The notes beneath the pieces were generated by a model that saw nothing but the letters and a program-made list of their open reading frames with translations, had not been told where the DNA came from and made no database searches. 64,000 nucleotides of DNA from an uncultured Methylophaga sp. (GTDB taxonomy: Bacteria; Pseudomonadota; Gammaproteobacteria; GCF-002020875), in assembly GCA_937877715.1 (NCBI GenBank), contig CALEHW010000054.1, positions 982 to 64,981 on the forward strand, written 5' to 3'. The position numbers and the translations under genes are program-made. Positions 63,097 to 64,000 of the stretch are shown here, in pieces (the stretch's first letter is position 1; each line of letters starts with the position of its first letter).

Positions 63097-64000
63097 ATGA
63101 ACGCAGGCCAGATAGAAGATCAGATCATGCTGTTCTCTGGCAACTCCAACCCGGAGTTGGCCAGCAACGTTGCTCGTCATCTGAATCTTAAACTTGGTCA
63201 GGCAACAGTTGAGCGCTTCAGTGATGGTGAGGTGATGGCCGAGATCCGGGAGAATGTCCGTGGACGTGAGGTCTATCTGCTGCAGTCAACCTGTGCCCCG
63301 ACCAATGACAACCTGATGGAGCTGCTGGTGATGGTTGATGCTCTGCGGCGCTCATCGGCAAAAAAGATTACGGCGGTCATCCCCTATTTTGGGTATGCAC
63401 GTCAGGATCGTCGACCCAGATCGGCCCGAGTACCGATTACGGCACGACTGGTTGCAGACATGATTGGTCAGTCCGGTGTAGATCATGTGCTGACCATTGA
63501 TCTGCACGCAGACCAGATCCAGGGGTTCTTCGGAATGCCTGTTGATAATATATATGCATCCCCTCTGTTGATGGGAGATATCTGGAGACACGAATATCCA
63601 AACCTGATCGTGGTCTCCCCTGATGTTGGTGGCGTGGTACGTGCCCGTGCAATTGCCAAGCTGCTTGGTGGGCTGGATCTGGCGATTATCGATAAACGTC
63701 GACCTGCTGCCAATGTGGCCAAAGTGATGAATATCATTGGTGATGTTGAGGGGCGCTCATGCGTGTTGGTGGACGATCTGGTTGATACCGCCGGAACCCT
63801 CTGTAAGGCGGCCAAGGCACTAAAAGAGCACGGTGCGGCAAGGGTAAATGCATACTCGACACATGCCGTACTGTCGGGGCTGGCAGTTGATAATATTAAC
63901 AACTCGGAGCTGGATGAGCTGGTTGTTACGGATACCATTCCGTTGAGTCAGAGTGCGTCTGAATGCCCACGTATTCGTCAGATCTCGGTTGCGGAGTTGC
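63097..64000 (+). CDS. prs: Ribose-phosphate pyrophosphokinase (runs off the window end)
   Basis: Read by hand: [49 protein letters not shown]. Confidence 0.97.
   Translation, partial: MNAGQIEDQIMLFSGNSNPELASNVARHLNLKLGQATVERFSDGEVMAEIRENVRGREVYLLQSTCAPTNDNLMELLVMVDALRRSSAKKITAVIPYFGYARQDRRPRSARVPITARLVADMIGQSGVDHVLTIDLHADQIQGFFGMPVDNIYASPLLMGDIWRHEYPNLIVVSPDVGGVVRARAIAKLLGGLDLAIIDKRRPAANVAKVMNIIGDVEGRSCVLVDDLVDTAGTLCKAAKALKEHGAARVNAYSTHAVLSGLAVDNINNSELDELVVTDTIPLSQSASECPRIRQISVAEL

Overview
Mostly core genome of a Gammaproteobacterium (core genes roughly 50-55% GC by eye; a sulfur-oxidiser/Chromatiales-like affinity is inferred from gene content only). In order: a partial TonB receptor behind a cobalamin riboswitch, nei, btuCDF-like ABC genes, a 1271-aa FAD/Fe-S oxidoreductase, rpiA/ilvA, zapA-6S RNA-fau, pepP, a tandem glycine riboswitch with gcvT-H-PA-PB, gcvR/dapA-bamC, purL, a DAHP synthase, efpL, ettA, glyA-nrdR-rib-nusB-thiL, nnrS, folE2-queD-dxs-ispA-xseB, parEC, JAB-moeB, prmC-prfA-hemA, TPR-lolB-ispE-tRNA-Gln-prs. 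The unexplained signals are in short AT-rich patches. (1) A self-contained ~130-nt promoter-to-terminator unit (5193-5360) carries A-rich Hfq-type motifs and an Ile/Thr-rich 22-codon ORF. (2) A multi-branched palindromic element with an attC-like GTT core precedes a low-GC GIY-YIG gene and shares an exact 42-bp hairpin with a site 35 kb away. (3) A tandem pair of paralogous tiny membrane proteins is separated by three hairpins and shares a candidate operator with unit 1. (4) An unlisted 26-aa membrane ORF lies downstream of moeB-JAB. (5) Several genes look leaderless. (6) A tRNA-Gln with tRNA-Glu-like D-arm features overlaps the ispE stop codon. All assignments are by eye; no database searches were run.
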